DNA of 61,274 nt, the filler included. It is 6 parts of 6 records of this genome, joined end to end, with 100 filler letters (N's around TTAATTAATTAA, not from the genome) between each part and the next. Parts side by side here need not be neighbours in the genome. Positions count along the whole stretch, not along the records: positions 46,895 to 53,502 come from DRR723986_15613; positions 53,603 to 61,274 come from DRR723986_15680; 4 more parts are not named here. One strand, written 5' to 3'. Below are positions 50,086-60,416 of this stretch, in pieces (the stretch's first letter is position 1; each line of letters starts with the position of its first letter). A program made the translations under genes and the position numbers. The notes beneath the pieces are model-generated. The model ran no database searches, was not told the origin of the DNA, and was given only the letters and a program-made list of their open reading frames with translations.

Positions 50086-51116
50086 TGATCTTCAAAGACG
50101 CCGGGAATAGAGGCCGGTGCCCTGTCCAGCCATACGGGGGTCGGCAGCCCTTTTTCCCGAAGGAAATCGGGATTGAACAATTTGGACTGATAACGTGTAC
50201 CGAAATCGCAAAGGATCGTCACGATCGTATGGCCCGGCCCCATTTCCCTGGCCAGACGGATCGCGCCCGCCACATTGACACCTGACGAGGCCCCAAGGCA
50301 CAGCCCTTCATGCTGAAGCAGATCAAACACCACTGGCAATGCTTCTGCATCGGGGATGTTATAGCTGTAATCCGGCTTCAGCCCCTCAAGGTTCTTGGTG
50401 ATGCGGACCTGACCGATGCCCTCAGCAATTGAGCCGCCTTCGGAGGCCAGTTCACCAGTGGTATAATAGGAATGCAGCGCCGCGCCGTCTGGATCGGCCA
50501 GCGCAATTTTTACGCCTTTGGGCTGAAGCGCCATGGCGATCCCTGCCAATGTGCCGCCCGATCCAACCGCACAGCAAAAGCCATCCACTTTGCCGCCGGT
50601 CTGTTCCCAAATCTCGGGACCGGTGGTTTCAATATGCGACTGCCGGTTGGCGACATTGTCAAACTGGTTGGCCCAGATCACCCCTTCATTGGTGGTGCGG
50701 GCCAGCTCATTGGCCAGACGTTCGGAATAACGGACAAAATTGTTCGGATTGCGATAAGGCGCGGCGGGCACCTGCACCAGTTCGGCACCTGCAAGGCGCA
50801 GCATGTCTTTCTTTTCCTGTGACTGGGTCTCAGGAATGACAATCACGGTTTTGAAGCCCATCGAGGCGCCGACCAGCGCCAGACCGATGCCGGTGTTGCC
50901 TGCGGTCCCTTCGACAATGGTGCCGCCGGGTTTGAGCGTGCCCTTGGCAATCGCATCTTTGATGATGAAAAGCGCCGCGCGGTCTTTGACCGACTGACCG
51001 GGGTTCATGAATTCGGCCTTGCCGTAGATCTCGCATCCGGTGTCTTCGCTGGCTTTGCGCAGACGGATAAGAGGTGTGTTGCCAATGGCTTGCGCCAGAT
51101 CAGATGCGACGTGCAT
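50082..51116 (-). CDS. cysK: Cysteine synthase A
   Basis: GNTPL, NPGQSVKDR, TAGNTG, GSGGT. Confidence 0.9.
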   Translation of the reverse strand: MHVASDLAQAIGNTPLIRLRKASEDTGCEIYGKAEFMNPGQSVKDRAALFIIKDAIAKGTLKPGGTIVEGTAGNTGIGLALVGASMGFKTVIVIPETQSQEKKDMLRLAGAELVQVPAAPYRNPNNFVRYSERLANELARTTNEGVIWANQFDNVANRQSHIETTGPEIWEQTGGKVDGFCCAVGSGGTLAGIAMALQPKGVKIALADPDGAALHSYYTTGELASEGGSIAEGIGQVRITKNLEGLKPDYSYNIPDAEALPVVFDLLQHEGLCLGASSGVNVAGAIRLAREMGPGHTIVTILCDFGTRYQSKLFNPDFLREKGLPTPVWLDRAPASIPGVFEDQ

Positions 51117-51136
51117 GAAAGCCCCCAAAGTTGTGC

Positions 51137-52264
51137 TTACTCTGGTGTATCCGCCGCCTTCGCCAATCTCAAGCCATCGCGGTGCCGTGCCAGCCAATAG
51201 GCCACCAGAACCAGCGGCGCATTGGCCGCGCCCATCCCATCGACCAGATCCATCAATTCGTCAAAAGACATCAGATGGCTGCGGATATCCTCATCTTCGC
51301 TGGCCAGACCACCAGTGCCCGTGACACTGTCCGGCAGATCCGCAAGTCCTAGATAAATATAGTAAAATTCCGTTGAATTTCCGGGGGATGCATAAACTTC
51401 ACTCACCGGGTGCAGCGCACCAAGCGTCAGCCCGGCCTCCTCCGACGCTTCGCGCCGGGCGGCCATTTGCGGGGTTTCACCGGGGTCCACAGCGCCTGCA
51501 ATTGGCTCTAACTGCCAACAGGATTTATCGCCACGCGCCAAGGGCCCCATGCGCACCTGTTCGATCAACAAAACGCGATCACGCTGCGGATCATAGGGCA
51601 GAACAATCGCCGCGTCCGATCCGACAAACACCGCACGGTCCAAAGGCGCGGACATCGTGCCGTCAAAGCGCGTGTGTGACAGCCGCATCTCATCCAAAGC
51701 GTAAAAATTCGAATAGACCCGCCGCCGGTCCTGCACGTCGATCTGCCCTTGCAGCGTCCCTGCCCCATGGCTGGACGCCGACGCATTCACCTTTGCCGCC
51801 GCACGGGCGCGGATGCGCGGGAACATGCGCGCCACATCATCGCGGCTGCGGCTGCCCATATACCCCATGACTTCGACAGCGGCATGACGGCTGAGTGCAC
51901 CCCACTCCTCCTGCCACTCGGACAAATCCCAAGGGCCTTTGCCCGTCCACAAATCCGGCTGCGGCACATAGACTTCGCCACTTTGCCCGTCTTCCAGCGT
52001 GACTTGATGCAGATCGTATCCAAAGCCACCTTCATAATAGTCCAGTCGCGCAATCTGGTCCGGGGTCAACCCGCGCACCAAGACGCCCATGGCCGTCTCA
52101 TGCGCGCAGGTCTCGATCATGGGAAACGGACCTTCGGCCACAGAGGATACCTTGTATCCGGGCAAGATCGCAGGCGTCACATCCAAGGCATCGCCACTGG
52201 CCCCCATCACGATCTCAAGCAATGGCCGATCCCGCAGGGTGCCATAAAAGAACAGATTTCTCAT
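51137..52264 (-). CDS. trgB: TrgB-like GGCT/AIG2 + NUDIX (ADP-ribose pyrophosphatase-like) fusion
   Basis: N-terminal FFYGTL..LDYYE; Nudix box AG.VDPGE...AARREA.EEAG, SPG, EDEDI; located between trgA and cysK. Confidence 0.8.
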   Translation of the reverse strand: MRNLFFYGTLRDRPLLEIVMGASGDALDVTPAILPGYKVSSVAEGPFPMIETCAHETAMGVLVRGLTPDQIARLDYYEGGFGYDLHQVTLEDGQSGEVYVPQPDLWTGKGPWDLSEWQEEWGALSRHAAVEVMGYMGSRSRDDVARMFPRIRARAAAKVNASASSHGAGTLQGQIDVQDRRRVYSNFYALDEMRLSHTRFDGTMSAPLDRAVFVGSDAAIVLPYDPQRDRVLLIEQVRMGPLARGDKSCWQLEPIAGAVDPGETPQMAARREASEEAGLTLGALHPVSEVYASPGNSTEFYYIYLGLADLPDSVTGTGGLASEDEDIRSHLMSFDELMDLVDGMGAANAPLVLVAYWLARHRDGLRLAKAADTPE

Positions 52265-52268
52265 AGGT

Positions 52269-52709
52269 TTAGCGACCGTGCTTATGGGCAAATTCAACCA
52301 ACAGGCCGCTGATGATCGACGCGATTACCGCAACGACGACAATAGGAACGGTAATAACGATCACAGCAAATTCCGCGCCGATCTGAAACACGGCAACCAT
52401 CGCCTCAAACGGGCCGTCATATCGATTGCGCATAGCCAGCCGGATCATCTCGTTAATCGCCTGAACCCCAATACCCCAAAGCATCAGAACAAAGACCCCG
52501 GTTAGTCCATTGTTGATCGCTGCCGTGGTCCCGCGCCCCGCGCGGCGGCCCATCACCAACCACCCGACAAGCAGACCCAGCACCGCGTTGAGTGGGACAA
52601 AGTAGCCAAAGTCGGTGCTTTCGGGCATCAAAGGCATGACCATAAGGGACAGGATATAGCCAACAGCCGCCAGACAAATGGCAGCCGTTAGTTTTGCGGC
52701 GGTGGGCAT
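52269..52709 (-). CDS. trgA: TrgA family membrane protein
   Basis: MPTAAKL, GWLVMG.R.G, Y.GPFEA; trgA-trgB-cysK order. Confidence 0.8.
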   Translation of the reverse strand: MPTAAKLTAAICLAAVGYILSLMVMPLMPESTDFGYFVPLNAVLGLLVGWLVMGRRAGRGTTAAINNGLTGVFVLMLWGIGVQAINEMIRLAMRNRYDGPFEAMVAVFQIGAEFAVIVITVPIVVVAVIASIISGLLVEFAHKHGR

Positions 52710-52730
52710 GGGATGGCTCCTTAAGAAAGG

Positions 52731-53502
52731 TTAACCCGGTCGCCTTACCGTAATCTGTGTGACGTCACAATTTCCACTGTCAAATGTAGCGGCGCAGGAA
52801 GTGAGGTAAAAATTCCACATGCGCCGGAACCGTTCGTCAAAACCGAGCTTGGTAATCTGGTCCCACTTGTCGTTAAAGGTCTCGTGCCAACGGCGCAGGG
52901 TGATGTCGTAGCTTTTGCCAAACTCGATTGACTTGTCGACGATCAGCCCGGCTTTTTCGACCTGTTGCCGCAGGATCACCGGACTGGGCAGCATACCCCC
53001 CGGAAAGATGTATTTCTGGATGAAATCGACACCGCGCTTGTACACGTCCCAGCGGGCGTGATCGACGGTGATGATTTGCAAAGTCGCCGCGCCGCCGGGT
53101 TTAAGGCAATCGCGCAAAGCATTGAAATAGGTGGGCCAATATTTCTCGCCAACGGCTTCAAACATCTCGATGCTGGCGATGCCATCATAATGGCCGGTCT
53201 CGTCACGGTAATCTTGAAGCTTTAGATGAACTTGCCCGGAAAGGCCTGCCTTCTCAATGCGTTCCTTGGCGAACTTAAACTGCTCTTCGCTGATGGTCAG
53301 ACCCGTGACCTTCAGCCCGCGTTCCTTGGCCGCATATTCGGCAAAGCCGCCCCAACCACAGCCGATTTCCAGCACGTGATCGCCGGGCTTGACGCCCATC
53401 TGATCAACCATGGATTTGTATTTTTCGGTCTGGGCCGCCTCCAGTGACAATTGAGCATTCTCATCAAACAGAGCCGAGGAATAGGTCATCGTGTCATCGA
53501 GC
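52731..53502 (-). CDS. Cyclopropane-fatty-acyl-phospholipid synthase family methyltransferase (5' truncated)
   Basis: MTYSSALF, LEIGCGWG, SIEMFEAVG, YIFPGG. Confidence 0.9.
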
Positions 53503-53602
53503 NNNNNNNNNNNNNNNNNNNNNNNNNNNNNNNNNNNNNNNNNNNNTTAATTAATTAANNNNNNNNNNNNNNNNNNNNNNNNNNNNNNNNNNNNNNNNNN
53601 NN
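53503..53602. other. Assembly/concatenation spacer
   Basis: N run with TTAATTAATTAA. Confidence 0.98.
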
Positions 53603-54350
53603 CATGTTGCAGCCCAAGCCGCCAGACCGGGGCGGTGATGCCGATGGCCGCGACCAGCCGCCCCCGGAAGTCCCAGACCGGCGCGGCGAGGCAGCGGGCC
53701 TCGGGGTCGAACTCGCCGTCGTCGAAGGCGATCCCCGCCTCGCGCACCTGCGCGATCTCGCGCTCGAGGCTTTCTGCCTCCGTGATGGTCTTGGGCGTGA
53801 CCGGGGCGAAGGGCGCCTTTCGCAGAAAGGCCTCGAGGTCGTCCCGGGCGGCCCCGGCCAGCACCACCTTGCCGATCGCCGTCGCATGGGCGGGCCGGGC
53901 AGAGCCGACCCGCTCCGCCATCCGGATCGAGGCCGCGCTTTCGTGCCGGTCGATGATGACCACGTCATCGCCCATGCGGATCGCCAGGTGGCTGCTCTCG
54001 CCGGTCTTTTCCGTTAGTTCCTTCAGAAAGGGCGCCGCGACGCGCAGCAATTCCTGTTCGTCCAGCGCCCCGAAGGCAAGGGAATAGATCCGCGTCCCGA
54101 TCCGGTATTTCTTAGTGGTCGCATCCTGCCGCAGCAGACCAAGGGTGTGCAGGGTCTTGGTCAAGTGGAACGTGGTCGAGGAATGCAGCCCCACCTGTTT
54201 GGCGATATCGGCAGAGCCGATCCCCTCTCGGGCTTCGGCCACGGCCTGCAGGATGTTGGTGGCCCGGACGAGCGATTGCACCCCGGCTTCCGGCTTGGCG
54301 GTTTCGGCCTTGGCAGTCTTGCCCTCTGTCGGTTCCTTGGCTGATCTCAC
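53603..54350 (-). CDS. IclR family regulator (3' truncated)
   Basis: VQSLVRA..IL, HATAIGK, E...RCLAAPV. Confidence 0.92.
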
Positions 54351-54458
54351 GAATGCACCGCTTGCTATGATGAATTGCAGTTCACATTACCGGATATAGC
54401 CGGGGGCGCAACCGTTACCCTCGGCGGATATGGCGTTCGGGCACGGCGCGCGGCGTGG

Positions 54459-55166
54459 CTAATCGCCCCTTCCTGCGGGTCTGTCTCTGGAGGCGCTGCA
54501 CACGAGGGAGCAGGCCGCGCGCACGGTGACGTCGGGCGATGGTCTTGCGGCCAGTTCGGCGGCCTCCTGCGGGTCCAGACCGATGCCGCGCAGGACCATG
54601 CGCACCAAAGCGGGAACGTCGATGTCGGCGCCGCCTCCCCTGCTGATGCGGACGAAGGCAAACAGGATCGCCCCGGCCACAAGGTCCAGCCCCATGACGA
54701 TCGGGCAGTCCCTGATCCGGCCCTGATCGATGCAATCCTGAATCAGGCCCGACATGTAGCCGCCGATCAGACGCTCTGGTCCGGCGGCGTCGGGCCCAAG
54801 CTTCGCCACGAAACTGGCCAGCAAGGGGGTCTCGCGGCCGAAGCGGATCAACATGCCCAGGGTCAGGGCGATTCGTTCTGACGGGTCGCGGATATCGGCC
54901 ACGGCATCGCTGAAGGTCAGGACGAGTTCATCGCGCAGCTGGTCATTCACCGCGACCAGGAGGTCGTGATTGCTTTGGAAGTAGTTGTAGAACGTTCCGC
55001 GCGACACGCCGGCCGCCCGGATGACGTCGTCGATCACCGGGGCGTCCACACCCTTTTCGGCAAAGACCGCAATGGCCGCCTCGATCAAGCGGTTGCGTGT
55101 CTTCGTCCGCCTGTCCGCTCCGACGCGGGAGCGGTGATCCGGGGAAGTGTTGTCTGTCATGGTCAT
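54459..55166 (-). CDS. TetR/AcrR family regulator
   Basis: RLIEAA..VF..KG....IDDV..AAGVSRGTFYNYF. Confidence 0.9.
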   Translation of the reverse strand: MTMTDNTSPDHRSRVGADRRTKTRNRLIEAAIAVFAEKGVDAPVIDDVIRAAGVSRGTFYNYFQSNHDLLVAVNDQLRDELVLTFSDAVADIRDPSERIALTLGMLIRFGRETPLLASFVAKLGPDAAGPERLIGGYMSGLIQDCIDQGRIRDCPIVMGLDLVAGAILFAFVRISRGGGADIDVPALVRMVLRGIGLDPQEAAELAARPSPDVTVRAACSLVCSASRDRPAGRGD

Positions 55167-55209
55167 CCGCTTTTCATCACTGATTAACACGACTGTGCGA
55201 GATTGAAAA

Positions 55210-55240
55210 TGACGGTTGCGTCAGATTGACAGTAATGTCA
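55210..55240. promoter_or_regulatory. Tandem TGAC-N6-GTCA palindromes (putative TetR operators)
   Basis: TGACGGTTGCGTCA (55210-55223) and TGACAGTAATGTCA (55227-55240) between divergent tetR and the efflux genes. Confidence 0.65.
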
Positions 55241-55321
55241 TCTAAGCCTCCACCACCCGGGCAAGTGACCCGTCCCGCCCCGGGGTCACATTTGGGCACC
55301 CTCCGCGGACCCGTGGCAGAC

Positions 55322-56374
55322 ATGAAGGACAGACCGTTGAAACGACAGATCATGATCGCCTTGCTGGCTTGCACCTGGGCCATCTCGGCCGCAGCCGACG
55401 AAGCCGCGCCCATCGTCAAGCTGGAGACCGTGGGCTCCGGCAATGAAATCGGCAAGCGCGTCTTCTTCGGTCGCGTCGTCGCGCGGGAAACGGTCGATCT
55501 CGCGTTTCAGGTCGGCGGGCAGCTTGTGGAGTTCCCGGTCGAAGAGGGCGCGACCGTCACGAAGGATGCCCTCGTGGCGCGGCTGGATCGGGAACCTTTC
55601 GAGCTGAAGCTGGCGCAGGCGACCGCGCAGCGGGCCGAGGCGGATCGCGCCGTGGACCGCTATCGCGAGTTGCTTGGCACCTCCGTGTCCAGAACCACCC
55701 TGGAAGATGCCGAAACGCAGGCCGAGCTTGCCGCCATCGCGGTGCGCAACGCCGAACGCGATCTGGCCAACGCCACGCTGCATGCGCCGTTCGACGGGAT
55801 CGTGGCGGCGCGGCTCGTCTCGAATTACTCGACCGTCGCCGCGGGCAGCCCGGTGGTCCGGCTGCACGACATGTCCGATCTGCGCATCGAGATCGACGTC
55901 CCCGAAACCCTCGTCCAGCGATCCCGCCGCGACGACGCCATCGAGATGGTGGCAGAGTTCCCGTGGGTCGACCGCCAGTTCCCGATGGAGATGCGCGAAT
56001 TCAACGCCGAAACCGCGCAGACGGGTCAGACCTACAGCATCACCCTGGGCATGGCGCCCCCCGAGGGTCTGAACGTCCTGCCCGGGGCCTCGGCCAAGGT
56101 CACGGCCTTCTATGACGGCGTCGCCACCGGCGCGATCGTACCCGCCTCCGCGATCGTGGTGGAGAACGACGGGACCACCAGCGTCATGGTCTTTTCGCCC
56201 ACGCAGGGCAACGAGGGCACGGTCTCTCGTGCCGTGGTCGAGATCGAGCCGACCGACGACGGCAAGGTCCGGGTCGTCTCCGGCCTGACCGAAGGGCAGG
56301 AGATCGTCGCGATCGGGGCCGGGTCGCTCACGGATGGCGAAACCGTGCGCCGCTTCGTCGGCTTCGAGGAATAG
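55322..56374 (+). CDS. RND efflux periplasmic adaptor (MFP)
   Basis: LAFQVGG, L.APFDG.V, V.SGL.EG..IV..G. Confidence 0.9.
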   Translation: MKDRPLKRQIMIALLACTWAISAAADEAAPIVKLETVGSGNEIGKRVFFGRVVARETVDLAFQVGGQLVEFPVEEGATVTKDALVARLDREPFELKLAQATAQRAEADRAVDRYRELLGTSVSRTTLEDAETQAELAAIAVRNAERDLANATLHAPFDGIVAARLVSNYSTVAAGSPVVRLHDMSDLRIEIDVPETLVQRSRRDDAIEMVAEFPWVDRQFPMEMREFNAETAQTGQTYSITLGMAPPEGLNVLPGASAKVTAFYDGVATGAIVPASAIVVENDGTTSVMVFSPTQGNEGTVSRAVVEIEPTDDGKVRVVSGLTEGQEIVAIGAGSLTDGETVRRFVGFEE

Positions 56375-56380
56375 ACCGCC

Positions 56381-59300
56381 ATGGATATCGCCCGCTCCTC
56401 CATCGACCGTCCCGTCACCACGTGGATCGTGATCCTGATCTGCCTGTTCGGCGGCATCTGGGGCTTCAATTCCCTTGGCCGTCTCGAAGATCCGGCCTTT
56501 ACCATCAAGACCGCGATCGTCGTCACCCAATATCCCGGTGCCTCTGCCGAAGAAGTCGCTCTGGAGGTGTCCGAGCCGATCGAATCGGAAATCCAGAAGA
56601 TGGGCGAGGTCAAGGACATCCAGAGCATGAACCAGCCGGGCCTGTCCTGGATCACGGTCGACATGCGCGATCAGTACGATGGAACCGAACTGCCGGAAAT
56701 CTGGACCAAGCTGCGCAACCGGGTGGGCGACGCCGCCCTGCCCAGCGGCACCAGCACCCCCTACATCAACGACAGTTTCGGGGATGTCTACGGCATGTAT
56801 TTCGCCGTCACCGCCCCGGGATTCTCGGACGTGGAGATCAACGATCTCTCGTCCTATCTGCGGCGGGAATTGCTGAGCGTCGACGGTGTCTCGGACGTGG
56901 CGCTGGCCGGTGTCCCCAACGAGGTGATCTACGTCGAACCCGATCTTGCGCTGACGAAAAGCCTTGGCATCCCCACATCCGTCATCCAGTCCGCGCTGGC
57001 CGGATCCAATGAAATCGTCGATGGCGGCGCGATCCAATCCACCGAGGGGCGCACCTTGATTCAGCGTCCCGAGGGCAGCGACAGCGTCGAGGAAATCGCA
57101 TCGCTCACTCTGGGCGCAGAGGGTCAGGTCATCAACCTGAAGGACTTTTCCGAAGTCTACCGCGCGCAGGAGGCCAATCCGAACCTGATCGTGCGCCACG
57201 GCGGCGTCGAAGCCTTCACCCTCGGCGTGTCGGGGATCGCCAGCGAGAACATCGTCGAGGTCGGAGAGCGCGTCGATGCAAAGCTCGCCATGCTGCGCGC
57301 CGACCTTCCCCTCGGCGTGTCGATCCAGCCGATCTACCAGCAGCATGTCGTGGTCGAGGAGGCCTCTCAGGCGTTTCTCGTGAACCTCGCCATGTCCGTG
57401 GCCATCGTGGTCGTCGTTCTGGCGGTCTTCATGGGCTGGCAGGCCGCCGTCGTCGTCGGCAGCACCCTGCTGCTGACCGTCGTCGGGACGCTGTTCTTCA
57501 TGGCCCTCGGCTCCATCGAGATGGAGCGTATCTCGCTTGGCGCGCTCATCATCGCCATGGGGATGCTGGTCGACAACGCCATCGTGGTCGCCGAGGGGAT
57601 GCAGATGTCCATGCGCAGCGGTCAATCTTCGCGCGATGCGGCCACCGAGGCGGCGCAGAAGACCCAGATCCCCCTGCTGGGCGCGACGGTCATCGGGATC
57701 ATGGCCTTTGCCGGGATCGGGCTCAGCCCCGATGCCACCGGCGAGTTCCTGTTCTCGCTCTTTGCGGTGATCGCCATATCGCTGCTGTTGTCATGGGCGC
57801 TGGCGCTGACCGTGACCCCCTTGCTGGGCCACTACTTCTTCAAACGCGGCGACCCCTCGCAGGGAGACAGCTATGACGGCGGCCTGTTCCGGGCCTATGC
57901 CTCCGTGCTGCGGCTCTGCCTGCGGCTGCGCTGGCTCGTGCTCGGGGCGCTGGTCGTCACCACCGTGGTTTGCTACGCGATGTTCGGGCAGATCAAGCAG
58001 CAGTTCTTTCCCGACAGCAACACGCCGCTCTATTTCGTGCACTACAAGCTGCCGCAGGGCGCCTCGATCCACCAGACGTCCGAGGATCTGGCCGTGCTGG
58101 AAGACTGGTTGGCCGACCGCGAAAACGTGACGGTGGCCACCGCCTTCGTCGGTCAGGGCGGGTCGCGGTTCATGCTGACCTACAACTCGGAGGATCCGAA
58201 CCCGAGCTACGGCCACCTGATCGTGCGCGTGCCCTCTCTGGACGTGATCGACGAAGAGATGGACGCCCTCGAAGCCTTTGCAAGAGAGGCGCTGCCGCAG
58301 GGCGAATTCCGGGTCAAACGCCTTGCCTTCGGGCCGGGCAGCGGTGCCCCGATCGAAGTGCGTTTCTCCGGCAAGAACCCCGATACGCTGCGGGATCTGG
58401 CCGATGAGGCGATGGCCCGGCTGTCCGCTGCCTCCGACAGGATCATCGCCCCGCGTCAGGACTGGCGCGAGCGCGAACTGGTGCTGCGTCCGATCTATGC
58501 CGACGACCGCGCGCAGGATGCCGGCATCTCGCGCTCGGACATCACGCAGTCGTTGCAATTCTCGGTCGAGGGGCTGGTGACCGGCACCTTCCGCGAGGGC
58601 GACCGGCAGGTCCCGATCGTCCTGCGCGAGCCGCGCGACAGCGACACGTCGCTCACCGACAATCTGATCTATTCGGACAGCGGCCGGGGGTTCGTGCCGA
58701 TGATGCAGGTCATCGACGGCTTTGCCTTCGAGGCGCAGGACACGCTCATCTTTCGCCGGGACCGGGCGGACGTCATAACCGTGGGCGCGGATGTGCCCCG
58801 CGGCGTGACGGCGGCAGAGGTTCAAAGCGAAATCCAGGCGACCATCGAAGACATGCCCCTGCCCCGGGGCTACACGATGGAATGGGGCGGGGAATACGAA
58901 AGCTCGGCGGATGCTCAGGCCTCGCTGGGCAAGCAGCTGCCGCTGAGCCTCATCGTCATGTTGCTGATCACCGTTCTGCTGTTCAACGCGCTGCGCCAGC
59001 CGATCATCATCTGGCTGCTGGTGCCGATGTCGGTGAACGGCGTCAGCCTCGGGCTTCTGGGGACGGGCATCCCCTTTACCTTCACGGCGCTTCTGGGGCT
59101 GTTGTCGCTTTCGGGGATGTTGATCAAGAACGGCATCGTGCTGGTCGAGGAAATCGACCTGACGCGCGAGGCCTCGCCCGACATGCCCCTGGCCGACGCC
59201 ATCGTCTCGGCATCGACCTCGCGATTGCGTCCGGTCTTCCTTGCGGCGGCGACGACGATCCTTGGGATGCTGCCGCTGATCGGGGATGCCTTCTTTCAAT

Positions 59301-59431
59301 CCATGGCGATCACGATCATGGGGGGCCTCGCCTTTGCGTCCGTCCTGACCTTGATCGCGGCCCCGGTCCTGTATTATCTCTTCTTCGCGAAGTCGGCGCG
59401 CCGCAGTGCCGTAGAGGCCGCGCCCGCATGA
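56381..59431 (+). CDS. RND efflux permease (AcrB/AcrD/AcrF family)
   Basis: 1016 aa; YPGASAEEV, GMLVDNAIVV.E, KNGIVLVE, RLRP...TTILG..PL. Confidence 0.95.
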   Translation: MDIARSSIDRPVTTWIVILICLFGGIWGFNSLGRLEDPAFTIKTAIVVTQYPGASAEEVALEVSEPIESEIQKMGEVKDIQSMNQPGLSWITVDMRDQYDGTELPEIWTKLRNRVGDAALPSGTSTPYINDSFGDVYGMYFAVTAPGFSDVEINDLSSYLRRELLSVDGVSDVALAGVPNEVIYVEPDLALTKSLGIPTSVIQSALAGSNEIVDGGAIQSTEGRTLIQRPEGSDSVEEIASLTLGAEGQVINLKDFSEVYRAQEANPNLIVRHGGVEAFTLGVSGIASENIVEVGERVDAKLAMLRADLPLGVSIQPIYQQHVVVEEASQAFLVNLAMSVAIVVVVLAVFMGWQAAVVVGSTLLLTVVGTLFFMALGSIEMERISLGALIIAMGMLVDNAIVVAEGMQMSMRSGQSSRDAATEAAQKTQIPLLGATVIGIMAFAGIGLSPDATGEFLFSLFAVIAISLLLSWALALTVTPLLGHYFFKRGDPSQGDSYDGGLFRAYASVLRLCLRLRWLVLGALVVTTVVCYAMFGQIKQQFFPDSNTPLYFVHYKLPQGASIHQTSEDLAVLEDWLADRENVTVATAFVGQGGSRFMLTYNSEDPNPSYGHLIVRVPSLDVIDEEMDALEAFAREALPQGEFRVKRLAFGPGSGAPIEVRFSGKNPDTLRDLADEAMARLSAASDRIIAPRQDWRERELVLRPIYADDRAQDAGISRSDITQSLQFSVEGLVTGTFREGDRQVPIVLREPRDSDTSLTDNLIYSDSGRGFVPMMQVIDGFAFEAQDTLIFRRDRADVITVGADVPRGVTAAEVQSEIQATIEDMPLPRGYTMEWGGEYESSADAQASLGKQLPLSLIVMLLITVLLFNALRQPIIIWLLVPMSVNGVSLGLLGTGIPFTFTALLGLLSLSGMLIKNGIVLVEEIDLTREASPDMPLADAIVSASTSRLRPVFLAAATTILGMLPLIGDAFFQSMAITIMGGLAFASVLTLIAAPVLYYLFFAKSARRSAVEAAPA

Positions 59432-59615
59432 CCCATGCGCGGACCCGGCGCCCCTTCGAGGGCTGACCCGGGTCCGCGTGCCCTGTCCCCGACAGGTCGC
59501 AGGCCGGTCGCGCTCCTGATTTGAAGGCCTCCCCGCCCCCTGTCAGGCTGACGTGGCGCCCGGCCCGTTCCAACGGATCACGACAGGGGCGCGGGGCGCT
59601 TTCTGGCAGAGTGCG

Positions 59616-60416
59616 CTAGGTTCCCGTGAACTGCCCGGTCCGCCGCTCCAGCAGCGCGGCGACCGCCTCGGCGTGATCCTCGGTCTGGTGCACGGCGCCC
59701 TGATAGGCCGCCGACAGTTCCAGTATCTGATCCAGCGTCGCGGTCGTCCCCTCGCGCAGCAACCGCTTGGTCAGGCGCAGCTGCCGGGGCGGATTGCGCG
59801 CAATGCGCCCGGCCAGCGCCATCGCGGCGTCCATCAGCGCCTCGGGTTCGGTCACCTGCGAGACGAGTCCCCAGTCGAGCGCCGTCGCGGCGTCGATCGG
59901 ATCGGCGGTAAAGGCCATCTCGGCGGCGCGCGACAGGCCGACCTGACGCGGCAGCACCCATGCGCCGCCGTCGCCCGAGATGATCCCGACATTCACGAAG
60001 TTCTCGGCGAAGGTCGCCGTGCTCGACGCGATGCGAATGTCACAGAACAGGGTCAGATCGCAGCCGGCGCCGTAGGCCGGACCGTTGACGGCGGCGATCA
60101 TCGGCACCTCGACCGTCCAGACCGCCTTGGCGACCCGCTGAATGCCCGCGCGATAGCTGTTGCGCACCGAGATCGCATCCCCGCCGAATATGCCCTGCTT
60201 GTCGCGCATGTGCTTGAGGTTGCCGCCCGAGGAAAACGCCTTGCCCGCCCCGGTCAGGATCGCGCAGCGGATGGATTGATCGCGGTTCAGCCAGTCCATC
60301 GCGGCGCAGATCTCGTCGACCACATCCGCATCGGTGATCGGGTTGCGCAGCTCCGGCATGTTCAGCGTGAGGGTCGCGATCCCGTCGGCATGGGTCACGA
60401 GAAGCTTGTCGGTCAT
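59616..60416 (-). CDS. Enoyl-CoA hydratase/crotonase
   Basis: AFSSGG, AAVNG.A.GAG, DIRIA, GDGG. Confidence 0.9.
   Translation of the reverse strand: MTDKLLVTHADGIATLTLNMPELRNPITDADVVDEICAAMDWLNRDQSIRCAILTGAGKAFSSGGNLKHMRDKQGIFGGDAISVRNSYRAGIQRVAKAVWTVEVPMIAAVNGPAYGAGCDLTLFCDIRIASSTATFAENFVNVGIISGDGGAWVLPRQVGLSRAAEMAFTADPIDAATALDWGLVSQVTEPEALMDAAMALAGRIARNPPRQLRLTKRLLREGTTATLDQILELSAAYQGAVHQTEDHAEAVAALLERRTGQFTGT

Noticed and set aside
55286..57625. 779-aa minus-strand ORF (also the 502-aa ORF at 57791-59299)
   Set aside because: Antisense shadows of the GC-rich MFP/RND genes; no motifs, and the composition is typical of reverse frames
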